Positions 20,259-31,733 of a DNA stretch of 64,000 bases are shown here, one piece after another. A model generated the notes under the pieces. That model did not search any database and was not told where the DNA came from. It saw only the letters and a program-made list of their open reading frames with translations. Source of the stretch: an uncultured candidate division Zixibacteria bacterium (lineage in GTDB: Bacteria > Zixibacteria > MSB-5A5 > GN15 > FEB-12); assembly GCA_963664195.1 (NCBI GenBank), contig OY760907.1, forward strand, positions 3,616,001 through 3,680,000. Reading direction: 5' to 3'. Position 1 is the stretch's first letter, and every line of letters begins with the position of its first letter. Made by a program: the position numbers and the translations under genes.

Positions 20259-20324
20259 GGCCGACCCCTCTAAGGGGGTCGGCCCTCTGAACAACCGGCT
20301 AGATCGAACCGATGTTCGATCTAC
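20259..20324. terminator. two tandem hairpins downstream of the dockerin-bearing gene
   Basis: GGCCGACCCC/GGGGTCGGCC and TAGATCGAAC/GTTCGATCTA. Confidence 0.5.
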
Positions 20325-20336
20325 CTAAAAACTCGG

Positions 20337-23300
20337 CTACCACGGGCACGGAGGTAGAGGATTCAGGCTAATGAAGAGATGATCGATAAGAACGGTCAAA
20401 TCGGCCATTGTAACCAGATAGTCTGAGCTCAGATCAACATTACCCTCCGGCCAACAATTGAGCGGGTTCAAACTGATGAACAGGTGATCAATAAGAACAG
20501 TAAGGTCGCCCATGGTCACGAGATTATCCGCTGATCCATCGACATTACCGACCGAGGGTCCTGCGCAGCAGCACGGGTCAGGCGTACACGGCTGACCGTC
20601 ACCGACGTAGTACCCGCCGCCCGCCAGACACATGGCCTGCGTAGTGATGGAGCACGAAGCACCGCGGCAACAGGCACCTGTCGGACCCGACTGCTCCTGC
20701 CCGATGATTGTGAATGCCAGGTCTATTGACATCGGCTCCATCGGGTGCATGGGCGGATAGTGCATTTCTGTCCACGGTGTTGGCGGTGGTTCCGGGCCAA
20801 ACGCCCAGACAGCATCGTCGTTCCAGTGATCAAGTGACGTCTTCCACCCGAACATCGGACCCTCTTCGAGCGGCTGAGCCTGAACGTCGAGCCAGTAGAT
20901 CAACGGAGTCTCCTCTGTCCCCTGCTGGATGAACTCCGAGGGATCCAGACGGAACACATACTCCCAACACTGCGTATCACCCATCGGATCGTACATGCCC
21001 TGCGCAGGATCGTACCAGCCCTCGATCAAGGTCGACGGCAAACGGTTGGTAGAAGAACTCACCCGGGTGGAATGTCCTCATCCACAGCAACTGCTCCGGA
21101 ACGCTCCAACCCTCAGGCCCCTGCGGATTGTCGCTGTGGAAGCTAAGCGTAAAGGTTACTGCTCCGGGATCCATACCGGGGAATGTGTCCTGGAACCAGG
21201 AGCCGAAGACGTGAATCTCAGTAATCGGTCCGGTCTTGGTACACAGGAAATCGTCGGCGAGGACAAGAGGCACGGTGGCCATGACATCCATACCGGTAGG
21301 TTCGAGATCAGGACGTTGCGTCCACTTGACGATATCCGGCTCTTCTGTGGCCATAGGTACATGCACCTGGTAGCCGTAGCCGATCGGATCCGTAGTATGG
21401 TTACCGGAAGAATCGTACACGCTTAAGAACGGGTTGTTGGTACCGCTCGTGGTTGTGGTCCAGTGGCCCACGGTCGACGGATTCGGATTGTCGAACTGGA
21501 ACCTGAATGTGCTGAAGATCGCATTGGTGCAACCGGGATCCCACCAGGACACCCACCATTCAGACCCAACTTTGTGCAGCGCATGCATCCAGCCCAGAGG
21601 CTGTATCCAGTTGCTGTAGTTGGCGAGCACGCTGTCGCCGACCTGGACATGGAAGTCACAGCGGCCGAATGCCCCCGGCGCAACATCGTACCAGAAAGTA
21701 GGCGGATGCGTCGGATTGGCGCCGCCCTGGGGCTCACACTCAACTCTATCAAGAGGAGGTATCGGGCACTCGCATACCTCGCAGTTGATAACCAACAGGT
21801 ATGGGCCACCCATCTGATCGTCAGAGCTCGTGATCTTCAGGTATAGCGTTCTACCCGGAGTATGACAGTTGTCAGGATCCTCGCAGTCGTACTGTGCATC
21901 CTGCCCAACCGCATCCGGGAAGACACCGTTGTGGTCGTCGTTGAAGAACAATTGAGTCGAGCAGTCATCGGCGTAAACAGTCAGGTCGGGATTGAGACCG
22001 CCACCAAAAGCGTACTGATCAGGCGTATCGTCCGCGAACACTCGCACGTGCAGACAGTAGCAGGTGTCGTCAGGCAACGTAATCACCCACCAGTCTTCCT
22101 CATCGCCGACAATGTCACCGCAATACGCGTACTCACATTCGGCCATGTCTGCTTCTATGCAACTATTGTTCGGCTCCGACTCATATCCTCCACCAGTCTT
22201 CCCGTCGGGCGGATTGTCGAGACAATCCCACGGTTCCTCGCAGGCATCGTCGATACCGTTGCCGTTGTTGTCACCGAGACACACAGTTCCATCGCCCTTG
22301 TAAATGCCGGCGGCGGCGATACAATCAGCCTCGGTCATGAGCGTGCAGAACAGACCGCCGTCAAGGCAGCAGGCGCCCATCGGTTCGTCCGGACCGCCGT
22401 TAACAACAAATGCAAGATCAAGGTCCTGCTTGTTCTCAGGCTTAATGATACAGGTGTGCGTAATCGTACCTTCAGGAATGAGCACATTCTCGCCCTGGAT
22501 ATCGATGGACACCCATTCCGGGTTGTAATCCGGCACCCTGAAATCAAGCGAGTAATGGCCGACGATATCCGCTCCCTGCACAAGCGTGACCCGGCCAATC
22601 GCCAGCGCTTCATCCACGCCGGGAAGCGGCGGAATGCGCGGATCAGGCTCCGGGTTTCCGACCAGCGACCACCAGTCGGTCGAGTAGTTTACTGCAAACT
22701 CGACATACGACGGCATCCCCGCATCAAGCTTGCCGATTTCGACCTCAATGTGGATATCCTTGTATCGCGTATCAGCGAACGGATGGTCATAGAACCAAAT
22801 GTTCCACCAGCCGGACGGATAGTAATACCATCCGGTGCCGTAAGCATCCGTTCCCCAACCGTCGATTACGACACCGGTCGGATCGATTGTCACGCCAAAA
22901 CCGTTGGATATCGGGTCCGCCACATCTGGCTCATACAGCTCTTCCCACGTCGTGGGTGCGGCCGTTGGGTGCTGCAAACGCAGCGTGCCGGTGGTAATAC
23001 CGGAATAGCCATCCAACGGGCCGCCCGGGGCACCGGAGAACTCGATTTCATAGGTGATATCAAAGAAACTGTCTACCGCAAAATCGCCGCTCGGCAACCT
23101 GGTGAGAGTAGTCGAACCGGGACTGGGCAGCGAGTACGCGTTTCCGGCCCTTATCCGCAGATTGTCGAAATCGGGGTCGCCCAGAACCTCGCCGCTGAGT
23201 GACCACATAACCGTTGCAAACGTCTGTGTAGGGTCGCCGGCCACCCGGGGCGCGGTATGGTACTCCACAAACACGTCCATCGACAGAGCGCGAGAGTAGC

Positions 23301-24156
23301 CCTGAAGGTCCCCCGTTCCGGTAACCACCAGGTCCATTATAGCCTCGAACTCCACAATCGTCCCGCCAAGCGAACCTCCCGGTAGCTCAGATGCATTCGT
23401 GAACGTATGTAGCTGCGGATCGAGCTCGACTGTCGTTCCGGGTGGAAGACCGTCCACTATTATGAACACGTCATCAGGGGCAATATACGGACAGTCAGCC
23501 GGCAATGTGACCGTTCCCAGTCCGTTATCCGGCCCGGCACAAACATCGCCGCTTTCACCAAAAACGGCGTTGTCGTTCCAGTGCTCCAGCGACGATTTCC
23601 AGCCCCATTGTGTCGAAACAGGATCTGCCACGTGAGCAGTAATCGCAAGCCAGTAGACTGTGCCCTGAACTTGCTCGAACCAGTCCTCCTGTGGAAGAAA
23701 AACGTTATAGAGATGATATATCTGGTTGTTGTCCGGCAGTTCCTCGGGAATGAACGGATCGTACCAGCCTTCATACACTCCCGGCGCTATGTCCTGAACC
23801 AGGAAAGCTGAAATCGATTTGGTCCACAACAACTCGCCCGGACTACTGAAGGGAATCGAAGGTGGATCTGCAGGGATATCTGAGTAGATTGAGATCGTGA
23901 AGCTGTCAATGCTTCCCGCATTGTCATCTTTCCACGATCCCCAGAAGTGGATATCCTTGATCCAGCCCGACTCGGAACACGTCCAGTCATCGGCCAACAT
24001 CTTGGGTACAGTAGCGTTTACATCCCACCCCGTTTCGTCAGGAAGCTGCGGAAAGTGCATCTTGTGACCGTCAGCTTCCACCCAGTCTGCCCATGATGCC
24101 GTTGCCGTCAGCCCGACAAGCAGCGCCATCGCCAGCAGGAATCTCAGAGTCCTCAC
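20337..24156 (-). pseudogene. large secreted mosaic protein (two DUF7901-like domains, PPC-like domain, GACC Cys repeats, C-terminal dockerin) with a one-base insertion near 21029
   Basis: GGAGG then GTG 24156 and a signal peptide; repeated LADD.TC..G.I..IH.GSW / EGWYDP / WGWK.S..HWND domain; the second copy continues in ORF 20337-21062. Confidence 0.8.
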
Positions 24157-24401
24157 ATTGAACCTCCCATCTGCAACACAGATTCGACGTTTCGCGCCCA
24201 TGCGACAACAACGCTCGGCTTGCTCCCCATTCTCACCGTCGCACCACGGCAACATGGACATATTACAACATTACAGTCATTACAAGCTAAACCCGCAATC
24301 TTGCGGAGTTCGCGATCTGCTAATTGATTCTTGCTTCTATGCGGTGCTGATACATTGTAGTCCGCCGATGCTCACACATCGGTTTGTGGCTCTTATTTTC
24401 A

Positions 24402-24430
24402 ATAATATCACCTGCCGGCATTCCTGTCAA
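24402..24430 (-). promoter_or_regulatory. sigma70 promoter
   Basis: TTGACA-N17-TATTAT. Confidence 0.6.
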
Positions 24431-24823
24431 GTTGTTTTGCCACAACGAGAAGGAGGAGTGGGGGGGAAACTGCGCGAGATCGTGGTAATGAGTGTCTACC
24501 TATACTGCTATAATACAGAACCTGGCGGTGCGAGCACACAGACACCGCCAGGTTCCTCAAGCCTCGGTCGGGCTCCAGCCCGACCGATATCATGCTCCCC
24601 CTCTGCTGCCCCTCGTGCCAATAGCACGACATCCTCATTTATCAGTCATAATCAAATGGTGTGCCGAGATTCACACGGCCGCAAATCGTCCACAACTGAC
24701 TGTGTGACGGGAGGTTGACCGCGTCCCGAATTAGACAGAGTTAAGCAATGGGACAAATCACTACAATACCGTCACATACCGGCAGGTCAAATAACCACAT
24801 ACCAGAACTTCAAACGGCCGCGG

Positions 24824-26197
24824 CTAGTCTTTCAGAACGGAGACATCTATGCGATGAGATTTGATCTTCTTCTGAAGGTTCGAGCGATCAATCCCCAACA
24901 AGAGGGCCGCTCGGCTGACATTGTAGCGAGTCTCCGCCAGTGCTCCGATTATTAGCGTACGTTCAAGTGCCCTCAGGCGGGCCGGGAGTGTCCGTTCCTC
25001 CATATCTTCCGGTAAAGGTGGCACTTGGAGAAACTTCTGAACGTCCTCACCAAAGACGATATCTGAATCCGTAAGCGTGATCAGAGATTCGACGGTATCA
25101 AGAAGCTGACGCACATTGCCGGGCCAGTCAAACTCGACAAGGGCTCCCACGGCGCTGCTGTCAAAGATTTTTGGAGCAATCTCCTTTTTGGCAATATAGG
25201 CCGCCGTGAACTTCTGGACCAACAGCGGAATGTCCTCTTTGCGATCTCTGAGCGGTGGCAACATGACTCTGATGCCCTTCAGGCGATAATACAGATCGCG
25301 TCTGAAAGTGCCGCTTTCCACAAGCTGCTCAAGATTCCTGTGAGTAGCACAAATAACCCGCACGTCGGTCCGCCTGATCTCCGGATTGCCAAGTTTAGAA
25401 TACTCGCCGGTTTCGATCACACGGAGCATTTTGCCCTGAGTGGTGATGTCGAGATCGCCGATTTCGTCAAGAAACAGCGTACCGCCGTCAGCGAACTCAA
25501 ACAGACCCATGCGGCCTTCTACAGAACTCGTGTAAGCTCCTTTAGTATTGCCAAACAACTCGGCCTCAATCATGTGTGGCGACTTGTGATTGCAGTTCAG
25601 GATGGCCAGTTGACAGTCCTTGCGCCTGCTACAGCTATGGATGGCCCGCGCAACCAGTTCCTTTCCCGTACCCGACTCACCCAGAATCATGACCTTGTTA
25701 TCACTGTTGGACAATCGGTGGACAGTGCGAAAGACTTCCTGCATGGCTGCCGACTTGCCGTACATCTGATAATTCGCTTCAGCGATACGACTCAAAGCAC
25801 GATTGTCCTGCTTGAGGTCGTTGGCTTCGACGGCATTGCGGACAGATCGTATTAGTTGAGGAATGGACTTGCCTTTCCGGATGTAATCAAAAGGTTTCTC
25901 CTGATCGTCGATCTCGTCTTCCTTGTACTCACCGGCATACCCGGTATGGAAGATAATGGGGACTTCCGCCAGCACCTTGCGGATACGACGCGCCGCCGTG
26001 ATGCCATCAATACCTGCCATTTTGATATCCATAACAACCGTTGCTATATCAGGATGCTGTTCGGCCAGGGCGATGGAGGTGGCACCGTCGGGAGCCACGA
26101 GAACGTCATAATCCTCACTGAACAAGTCACAGAGCGTGCTCAGCACCGGAGGATCATCATCAACCAGGAGTATCTTTGCTCTGCTCTCTCTTTCCAT
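24824..26197 (-). CDS. NtrC-family response regulator (REC-AAA+-Fis HTH)
   Basis: LLVDDD, MDIKM, GESGTGKE, LFLDEIG, FRRDLYYRL, WPGNVRQL and a C-terminal HTH. Confidence 0.95.
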   Translation of the reverse strand: MERESRAKILLVDDDPPVLSTLCDLFSEDYDVLVAPDGATSIALAEQHPDIATVVMDIKMAGIDGITAARRIRKVLAEVPIIFHTGYAGEYKEDEIDDQEKPFDYIRKGKSIPQLIRSVRNAVEANDLKQDNRALSRIAEANYQMYGKSAAMQEVFRTVHRLSNSDNKVMILGESGTGKELVARAIHSCSRRKDCQLAILNCNHKSPHMIEAELFGNTKGAYTSSVEGRMGLFEFADGGTLFLDEIGDLDITTQGKMLRVIETGEYSKLGNPEIRRTDVRVICATHRNLEQLVESGTFRRDLYYRLKGIRVMLPPLRDRKEDIPLLVQKFTAAYIAKKEIAPKIFDSSAVGALVEFDWPGNVRQLLDTVESLITLTDSDIVFGEDVQKFLQVPPLPEDMEERTLPARLRALERTLIIGALAETRYNVSRAALLLGIDRSNLQKKIKSHRIDVSVLKD

Positions 26198-26222
26198 ACC
26201 TGCATCACCAGTCGTGTAAAGA

Positions 26223-29200
26223 TTATGCGATCACCTGTTCGAGGGTCAAATCAAAACGGGTAAATTTGCCCGGTTCGCTGCTCACAGTGATCGTGCCGCC
26301 GTACATTTCAATGATCTTGCGTGCGGTCGCCAATCCCAGTCCGGTTCCCTTGTTGGGCTTCGACGAGAAGAAGGCGTCAAACACACGCCCGAGGCTCTTC
26401 TCCGGTATGCCCTGTCCGTTGTCCCGGAACATGATTTTGACGACACCTGATTCCCCGATGGCTGTTGCCAAGATAACAGGCTGGGCACATTCGGTCAAGG
26501 CATCCAGGCTGTTCAACAGAAGATTGTTCAGCACCATGTAGAGCTGCTGTCTGTTTGACTTCACGATCAGACGCTCATCGCAGTTGAGCCGGACGTCAAC
26601 CCGCTGATCCTCGCACCTGACCTGGTTGGCTTCAATCACTTCGTGAAGCACGCGACAGACGTCAACGGTCTCGGGGAAAAACTCGGAATCCAGCCGCGTG
26701 TACAGAGTAATCAACTCAGTGATGTCAATCGCCCGTTCCACAGCATCGGAGGCTGCCCCGGAGTACTTTTCGCAGGTATTTCCCGCCGGAAGATCATTGC
26801 TCGTCTGCATAATCCGCATGAGAGCGCCTTCGGCAGGGAACAGGGCATTTCGAATCTCATGGGCGAATCCTCCGGCTATCTCCTTGGCCTGGCGGTATCT
26901 CTCTGTGTCCGCGTCCCTGGCCTTGGCTTCCGCCAGTTTGCGCTTCGTGATGTCTTCGGTCAATATCACTACCCGGCTGACTTCACCGTGATGATCCATG
27001 ATGGCATAGAAATGTTGCGACAACCATCGTTTCCTTCCCTTGCGTAAGCCGGGCGTCTCGATTTCCGGAATATGCAGGTAGCCGCCCTTCTCATACACAT
27101 CCCTCACACCGTCCATAGCCTGTCCGAGGTACTCATCACGCTCGTCAAATTCCAATCTCTTTCGATCCCGGTGCAAGTAGTCGTCGAGATCGTCGCCCAG
27201 TATATTCCATATCTTTTTCCAGGCGGCATTGTAGCTGAGCAGCCGCCCCGTGCTGCTTCGGACTGAGACGCCCAACGGGGAGTTCTCGATGACAACGCGG
27301 TTGAATTCCTCGCTGGCCTGCAGAGCCTTCTCGGTCCGTTTTCGCTCGGTGATGTCCTGGCCTACCACAATGGCCGTCAACTCGTCTGATCTTTCTGACG
27401 TCAGCACCGATGCTGACCAGAGCACGGTTTTCACTTCTCCGGATTTCGCCCGCACGGTGTCTTCTCGATTAGCTTCCATTCGCGAGAGCACCCACTCCCC
27501 GAACTCGCCAGACGCACCCGCCTCGTCGGCAAACAGGTCGCCCCAGCGTTTTCCCAGGGCTTCTTCCGCGCTGTACCCGGTTACGCGTTCGCATTCCTTG
27601 TTGAACACGGCTATGCGAAGTTGTGAATCAAAGCAGATCACCAGACTGTGTGCGGTACCGAGCAACGACCTGACCAGGTCGCGCTCCCCTTTGAGATCCT
27701 TCTGTGCCTGCACGAAGGATGTGATATCGCGGGCTATTCCTAATACGGATACTATCTCGCCGTGCTGGTTCTTGATCGGTTGAAGAGACGTGCGATACTG
27801 AACGCGCTTCCCGTCAATCTCCGTAGTCCTCTCGTTTATCCGGTGCTCACCGGTGGTGAAGACTTCCGTAATGGCTGTCATGTGTCCGTCGGCAAAGGGC
27901 TTCGGAAAGACGTCCCAGAGAGTCTTGCCCACCAGTCCCTCAGCCTCAAGGCCGAGCCTCTCGGCGGCGATGCTGTTGACGAATAGATACACACCGTTGC
28001 GATTGAGCGTGAATATCGCCTCCCCGGCGCTTTCAACCAGCGTACGGTAGCGCTCCTCACTCTCCCTGAGGGCCTCCTCGGCGCGCTTGCGATCGGTAAT
28101 ATCAATGTCAACGCCGTCAAAATGGGTTACCTCACCCGTATCGTCTCTCTCAGCGCGAATGTATGTTGACGCCCAGAAGTACGTCCCGTCCTTGCGTCGG
28201 TGCTGTGTCTCAAAAGCCTCGACATGTCCATGCTCTCGCAGCAGTCTCAACATCTCGTCGCGGCGTTCCATGTCTGTGTACGTGAGTCCCCAGGAATTCA
28301 TCTCTTCGACAGTCTCGAATCCGAACATCTTCAGCATGGCTGCGTTGACAGATCCAGATTCTCCCTGGGGCGTTGAACGGAATACTCCAACGGGAAGCTC
28401 TTCGAGAAACGTGCGGTATTTCTCTTCACTCTCGCGCAGGGCCTGCTCCACTTCCTTGCGCACGCTGATATCAATGGCCGTGGCGGCCATATAGGCCGGA
28501 TTGCCGTCGCTGTCTTTGATAAGAACACCGTTCATGAGCGCCGGAAAAACAGTACCATCACGCCTGCTATGCCAAACCTCAAGAGAGCTGTAACTGCCGG
28601 TTTCTCTGAGTCCTTGATTGATCTTGTCAACTTCAGCCAACTGCTCCTCGTTGTGGAATAAAGCCAGATTCTTGCCCACAAGCTCCTCCACCCCGTAGCC
28701 ATGCATATCGGCGAAACAGCGATTGATATAGGATATCTCACCCTGAAGGCTGACAATGGCCATCCCGAAAGTAGCATTGTCCGTAGCCGTTTTGAACTTG
28801 AGAATCTCTTCCTTGGCACGTCGTTGCCCAGTTATGTTGAACGCGAAAATCGCAATGCGGCTCATCTCACCGTCTTCGCCGAGAATCGGGAAGACATTGC
28901 CGTCAAGCCACTCCCCGTTCCATTCGTGCTCGCGGCGAATCGCCTTTCGAGTTCGAATCACTTCTTCTAAGTGCAGCCTCCAGGCCTCTATTTCGGACTC
29001 CGGATTCTGAGACTTCACGACCTCCACTACTTGAGCTCCGACCAGTTCCTCAGGCGTTCCTCCCAGAGTGACAGCAGCCGCCTCATTCAAGGTCAGAATG
29101 TTGCGATTCAAGTCCAACAGAATCATGACGTCGTCAGTGCCGTTCATGAGTGCGCGGGCTGTTTCCTCACTATCGCGAAGTGCGTTCTCGCTTCGCTTGT

Positions 29201-30875
29201 AGTCGGTCACGTCGTAGGCGATTATCATGACGCAGGGACGCCCGTCCTCCGCAAAAGTATAGGGATATAGATTGCTGGAATACCATCGCCACTCGCCTCT
29301 GCGGACAGGCACACATGTCTCAAACGCCATGTCCCTCCCCTTGCCGATGACCTCGCGGATAGCCTCCATCTGCATATCCGCTACATCCTTCGGGAACAAA
29401 TCCCACTGGGTCTTGCCTATGACATCCTCAGCCCTGGCGTTGACGGCACGCGCACCGTACTCATTGATGAAGCGAAGTTCCCCCTCGTCGCTAAAGATCA
29501 TGATGGCGGCCCTGACACTCTGAACAAGCAGTCGATACTTCGCTTCACTGGCCTTGATCTCGGCTTCGACTGCCTTGCGTGCCGTCACATCGCGAGAAAC
29601 GACCAGCAGCGCCCGTTTCCCCCCGTATTCGATACAATTGACGGTGGCTTCGATCTCAAACGACGATCCGTCGCGACGAATATACTTGCGGTCAGTGAAG
29701 CGGAACCGCTCTCCGTCGACAACCTGCCGTACCTTGGCATTGATATCCTCCTTTGAGTGATCGATGAAATCGTACACCGTCAGCTCCCCCAGTTCCTCAG
29801 CGGTGTAACCCAAAGCGGCCGCAAGGGAAGCATTTGCCTCCAGAATATGCTTGGTCTCCAGATCGGCCAGGTAGATGAAGTCAACACTTTGTTCGAGAAC
29901 TGCCCGGTGTTTTTCCTCACTCCTCCGGAGAGAATCCTCGGCTCTTCTCTGTTCGGAAATGTCGAAAACGATTCCACGGACCCCGGTGACCACACCGTCC
30001 TCAATGATCGGCGCAGAATGAGTCACCATGGGGAAAATAGTCCCATCGTCCCTCAGCCCCGCATACTCGATAACTCCGCGCTCCTCTCCTTCGAGAGTGC
30101 GCCTCATGTTGTCCTCAAGCCGCTGCCAGTCAACCGGCGCAATCACATCCACGGCATTCAGTCCGCGTTCCAAGTCGATCTCAGAGCGGCCAAACAATCG
30201 CAGGGCGTGCTGATTGCCAAAGATAACCCGGCCGGTGGCATCGAGTTCGAATATTCCTTGTGGCAACAAATCAACCAGTTCCTTGAACCTGGACTCGCTG
30301 GCCCGAAGAGCATCTTCGGAGGTCCGACGTGCGGTTACATCGGCGGCGCTGCCAATAATCCAGATGGGCACACCATCGGCATCTCTGATAAACACATGCC
30401 GGTCGCATACCCATCGGTAACTGCCGTCCTTGTGTCGTATCCGGTACTCGATCGATGACGGCCTTCTTCCCCCGTCCGGGGCGGCGAACATCTCGTCCTG
30501 GTACGTCTTGAATCCGGGAAGGTCATCGGGATGAATCAGACTGCTGACGAAAGCCAGGCCCCCCTCCAACGCCTCCTCACAACTATAGCCGGAATACATC
30601 TCAAACGATGCGCTGAGATAGTCATAGGTGAGGTTCTTCATATCAAGGCGGTAGCGAATGTCGCTCGAGTTATCCAGCGACTGCTTGAATCGGAATTCAC
30701 TTCTCCGTAGTCGGCGCAGGCTGCGAAGATGCAGGATGAGCAGTACCAGCAAAATCCCAAAGAGACCAAGAAACAACACATAGGCCTGCCAGGGGTGCTG
30801 CTTCAACAGGGACACAATGTGTTCCCAGGTCGACGTAGCACGGATCAGCTTGACGGCCAATAAATACGGCAGCAT
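26223..30875 (-). CDS. multi-PAS sensor histidine kinase (about 10 PAS/PAC); start uncertain (30875 or up to 30977)
   Basis: One TM helix, repeated DITxRK linkers, AHEIRN, DNGQGI and GTGLGL. Confidence 0.92.
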   Translation of the reverse strand: MLPYLLAVKLIRATSTWEHIVSLLKQHPWQAYVLFLGLFGILLVLLILHLRSLRRLRRSEFRFKQSLDNSSDIRYRLDMKNLTYDYLSASFEMYSGYSCEEALEGGLAFVSSLIHPDDLPGFKTYQDEMFAAPDGGRRPSSIEYRIRHKDGSYRWVCDRHVFIRDADGVPIWIIGSAADVTARRTSEDALRASESRFKELVDLLPQGIFELDATGRVIFGNQHALRLFGRSEIDLERGLNAVDVIAPVDWQRLEDNMRRTLEGEERGVIEYAGLRDDGTIFPMVTHSAPIIEDGVVTGVRGIVFDISEQRRAEDSLRRSEEKHRAVLEQSVDFIYLADLETKHILEANASLAAALGYTAEELGELTVYDFIDHSKEDINAKVRQVVDGERFRFTDRKYIRRDGSSFEIEATVNCIEYGGKRALLVVSRDVTARKAVEAEIKASEAKYRLLVQSVRAAIMIFSDEGELRFINEYGARAVNARAEDVIGKTQWDLFPKDVADMQMEAIREVIGKGRDMAFETCVPVRRGEWRWYSSNLYPYTFAEDGRPCVMIIAYDVTDYKRSENALRDSEETARALMNGTDDVMILLDLNRNILTLNEAAAVTLGGTPEELVGAQVVEVVKSQNPESEIEAWRLHLEEVIRTRKAIRREHEWNGEWLDGNVFPILGEDGEMSRIAIFAFNITGQRRAKEEILKFKTATDNATFGMAIVSLQGEISYINRCFADMHGYGVEELVGKNLALFHNEEQLAEVDKINQGLRETGSYSSLEVWHSRRDGTVFPALMNGVLIKDSDGNPAYMAATAIDISVRKEVEQALRESEEKYRTFLEELPVGVFRSTPQGESGSVNAAMLKMFGFETVEEMNSWGLTYTDMERRDEMLRLLREHGHVEAFETQHRRKDGTYFWASTYIRAERDDTGEVTHFDGVDIDITDRKRAEEALRESEERYRTLVESAGEAIFTLNRNGVYLFVNSIAAERLGLEAEGLVGKTLWDVFPKPFADGHMTAITEVFTTGEHRINERTTEIDGKRVQYRTSLQPIKNQHGEIVSVLGIARDITSFVQAQKDLKGERDLVRSLLGTAHSLVICFDSQLRIAVFNKECERVTGYSAEEALGKRWGDLFADEAGASGEFGEWVLSRMEANREDTVRAKSGEVKTVLWSASVLTSERSDELTAIVVGQDITERKRTEKALQASEEFNRVVIENSPLGVSVRSSTGRLLSYNAAWKKIWNILGDDLDDYLHRDRKRLEFDERDEYLGQAMDGVRDVYEKGGYLHIPEIETPGLRKGRKRWLSQHFYAIMDHHGEVSRVVILTEDITKRKLAEAKARDADTERYRQAKEIAGGFAHEIRNALFPAEGALMRIMQTSNDLPAGNTCEKYSGAASDAVERAIDITELITLYTRLDSEFFPETVDVCRVLHEVIEANQVRCEDQRVDVRLNCDERLIVKSNRQQLYMVLNNLLLNSLDALTECAQPVILATAIGESGVVKIMFRDNGQGIPEKSLGRVFDAFFSSKPNKGTGLGLATARKIIEMYGGTITVSSEPGKFTRFDLTLEQVIA

Positions 30876-30977
30876 AGATATCGGGTCCGGTAAGTTAGAG
30901 TCGGATACACTGAGTATAACGCCGACTGCCGTTATTGTCAATTGAGGCAGATTGGACGCAGCAGTGAGATGCCCCAA

Positions 30978-31724
30978 CTACGAACTCATTCGCAGGAGAT
31001 CAAGTTGACCCAGGGCCGAGACAATAGCCGTTTCCACTCGAAGAACCCACCTGCCGAGAACGAATGGCTGGAACCCCGCCTGCGTCATCAGGTCAATCTC
31101 GAACGGCACCCACCCGCCTTCGGGACCGATCGCAATTGTCACTCGATCAATTGACGCATCAAACAGGTCTGACATGTTCTGCAGAGCGTCTATCGAAGCG
31201 AGCAACTTGCACCCGGTGCCCGATTCTGTCGATTCCACCCGGGGAAATGTATCCTCAAAAAAGACTTTGAACCTGTCGTGGACAGTGACCTGCGGCAGGC
31301 GCGTCAGCTTGCCCTGGCTGAGTCCTTCAATCAGAAAAGGCAGTTGATTTTCAGGTTGGGTCAGAGGAGATTGATAGTAGCTCTTCTCGACTCGATTGGC
31401 GCGAATGAGATACAGGTGTCGAATGCCCATCATCCCGCAAGTGATCAACACTTTCTTGAGCGTCTGGGGACGGGGCAGAGCACAGACAAGATCAGTCGTC
31501 GGAAGTCCCTGAGGCGAATGCAATACCTCACAGGTCAGTTCGACCTCATCATCTGACAGAGAAGATATCTGCGCCGTTCCGAGAGAACCGTTGAGCAAAC
31601 CGACCTCCACTCTGTCGCCCTCACGGGCACGCAGAATCGTCCTGATGTGCTCCGCGCGATAGTCGGTCAGGCGATAGCAGCCGCCTCCGGCTGCGTCGCC
31701 TTCCAAAAGAATTACCAGATTCAT
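30978..31724 (-). CDS. rsmE: 16S rRNA m3U1498 methyltransferase
   Basis: HIRTILR, ALPRPQ, IGPEGG and LRVETA SPOUT motifs. Confidence 0.92.
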   Translation of the reverse strand: MNLVILLEGDAAGGGCYRLTDYRAEHIRTILRAREGDRVEVGLLNGSLGTAQISSLSDDEVELTCEVLHSPQGLPTTDLVCALPRPQTLKKVLITCGMMGIRHLYLIRANRVEKSYYQSPLTQPENQLPFLIEGLSQGKLTRLPQVTVHDRFKVFFEDTFPRVESTESGTGCKLLASIDALQNMSDLFDASIDRVTIAIGPEGGWVPFEIDLMTQAGFQPFVLGRWVLRVETAIVSALGQLDLLRMSS

Positions 31725-31733
31725 CGAATCATC

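Noticed and set aside
21862..23202. 446-aa plus-strand ORF
   Set aside because: Antisense shadow of the large secreted gene; no motifs, and the composition is typical of GC-rich reverse frames.
24603..24622. TGGCACG sigma54-like site on the minus strand
   Set aside because: The -12 GC is not at the required GG-N10-GC spacing.
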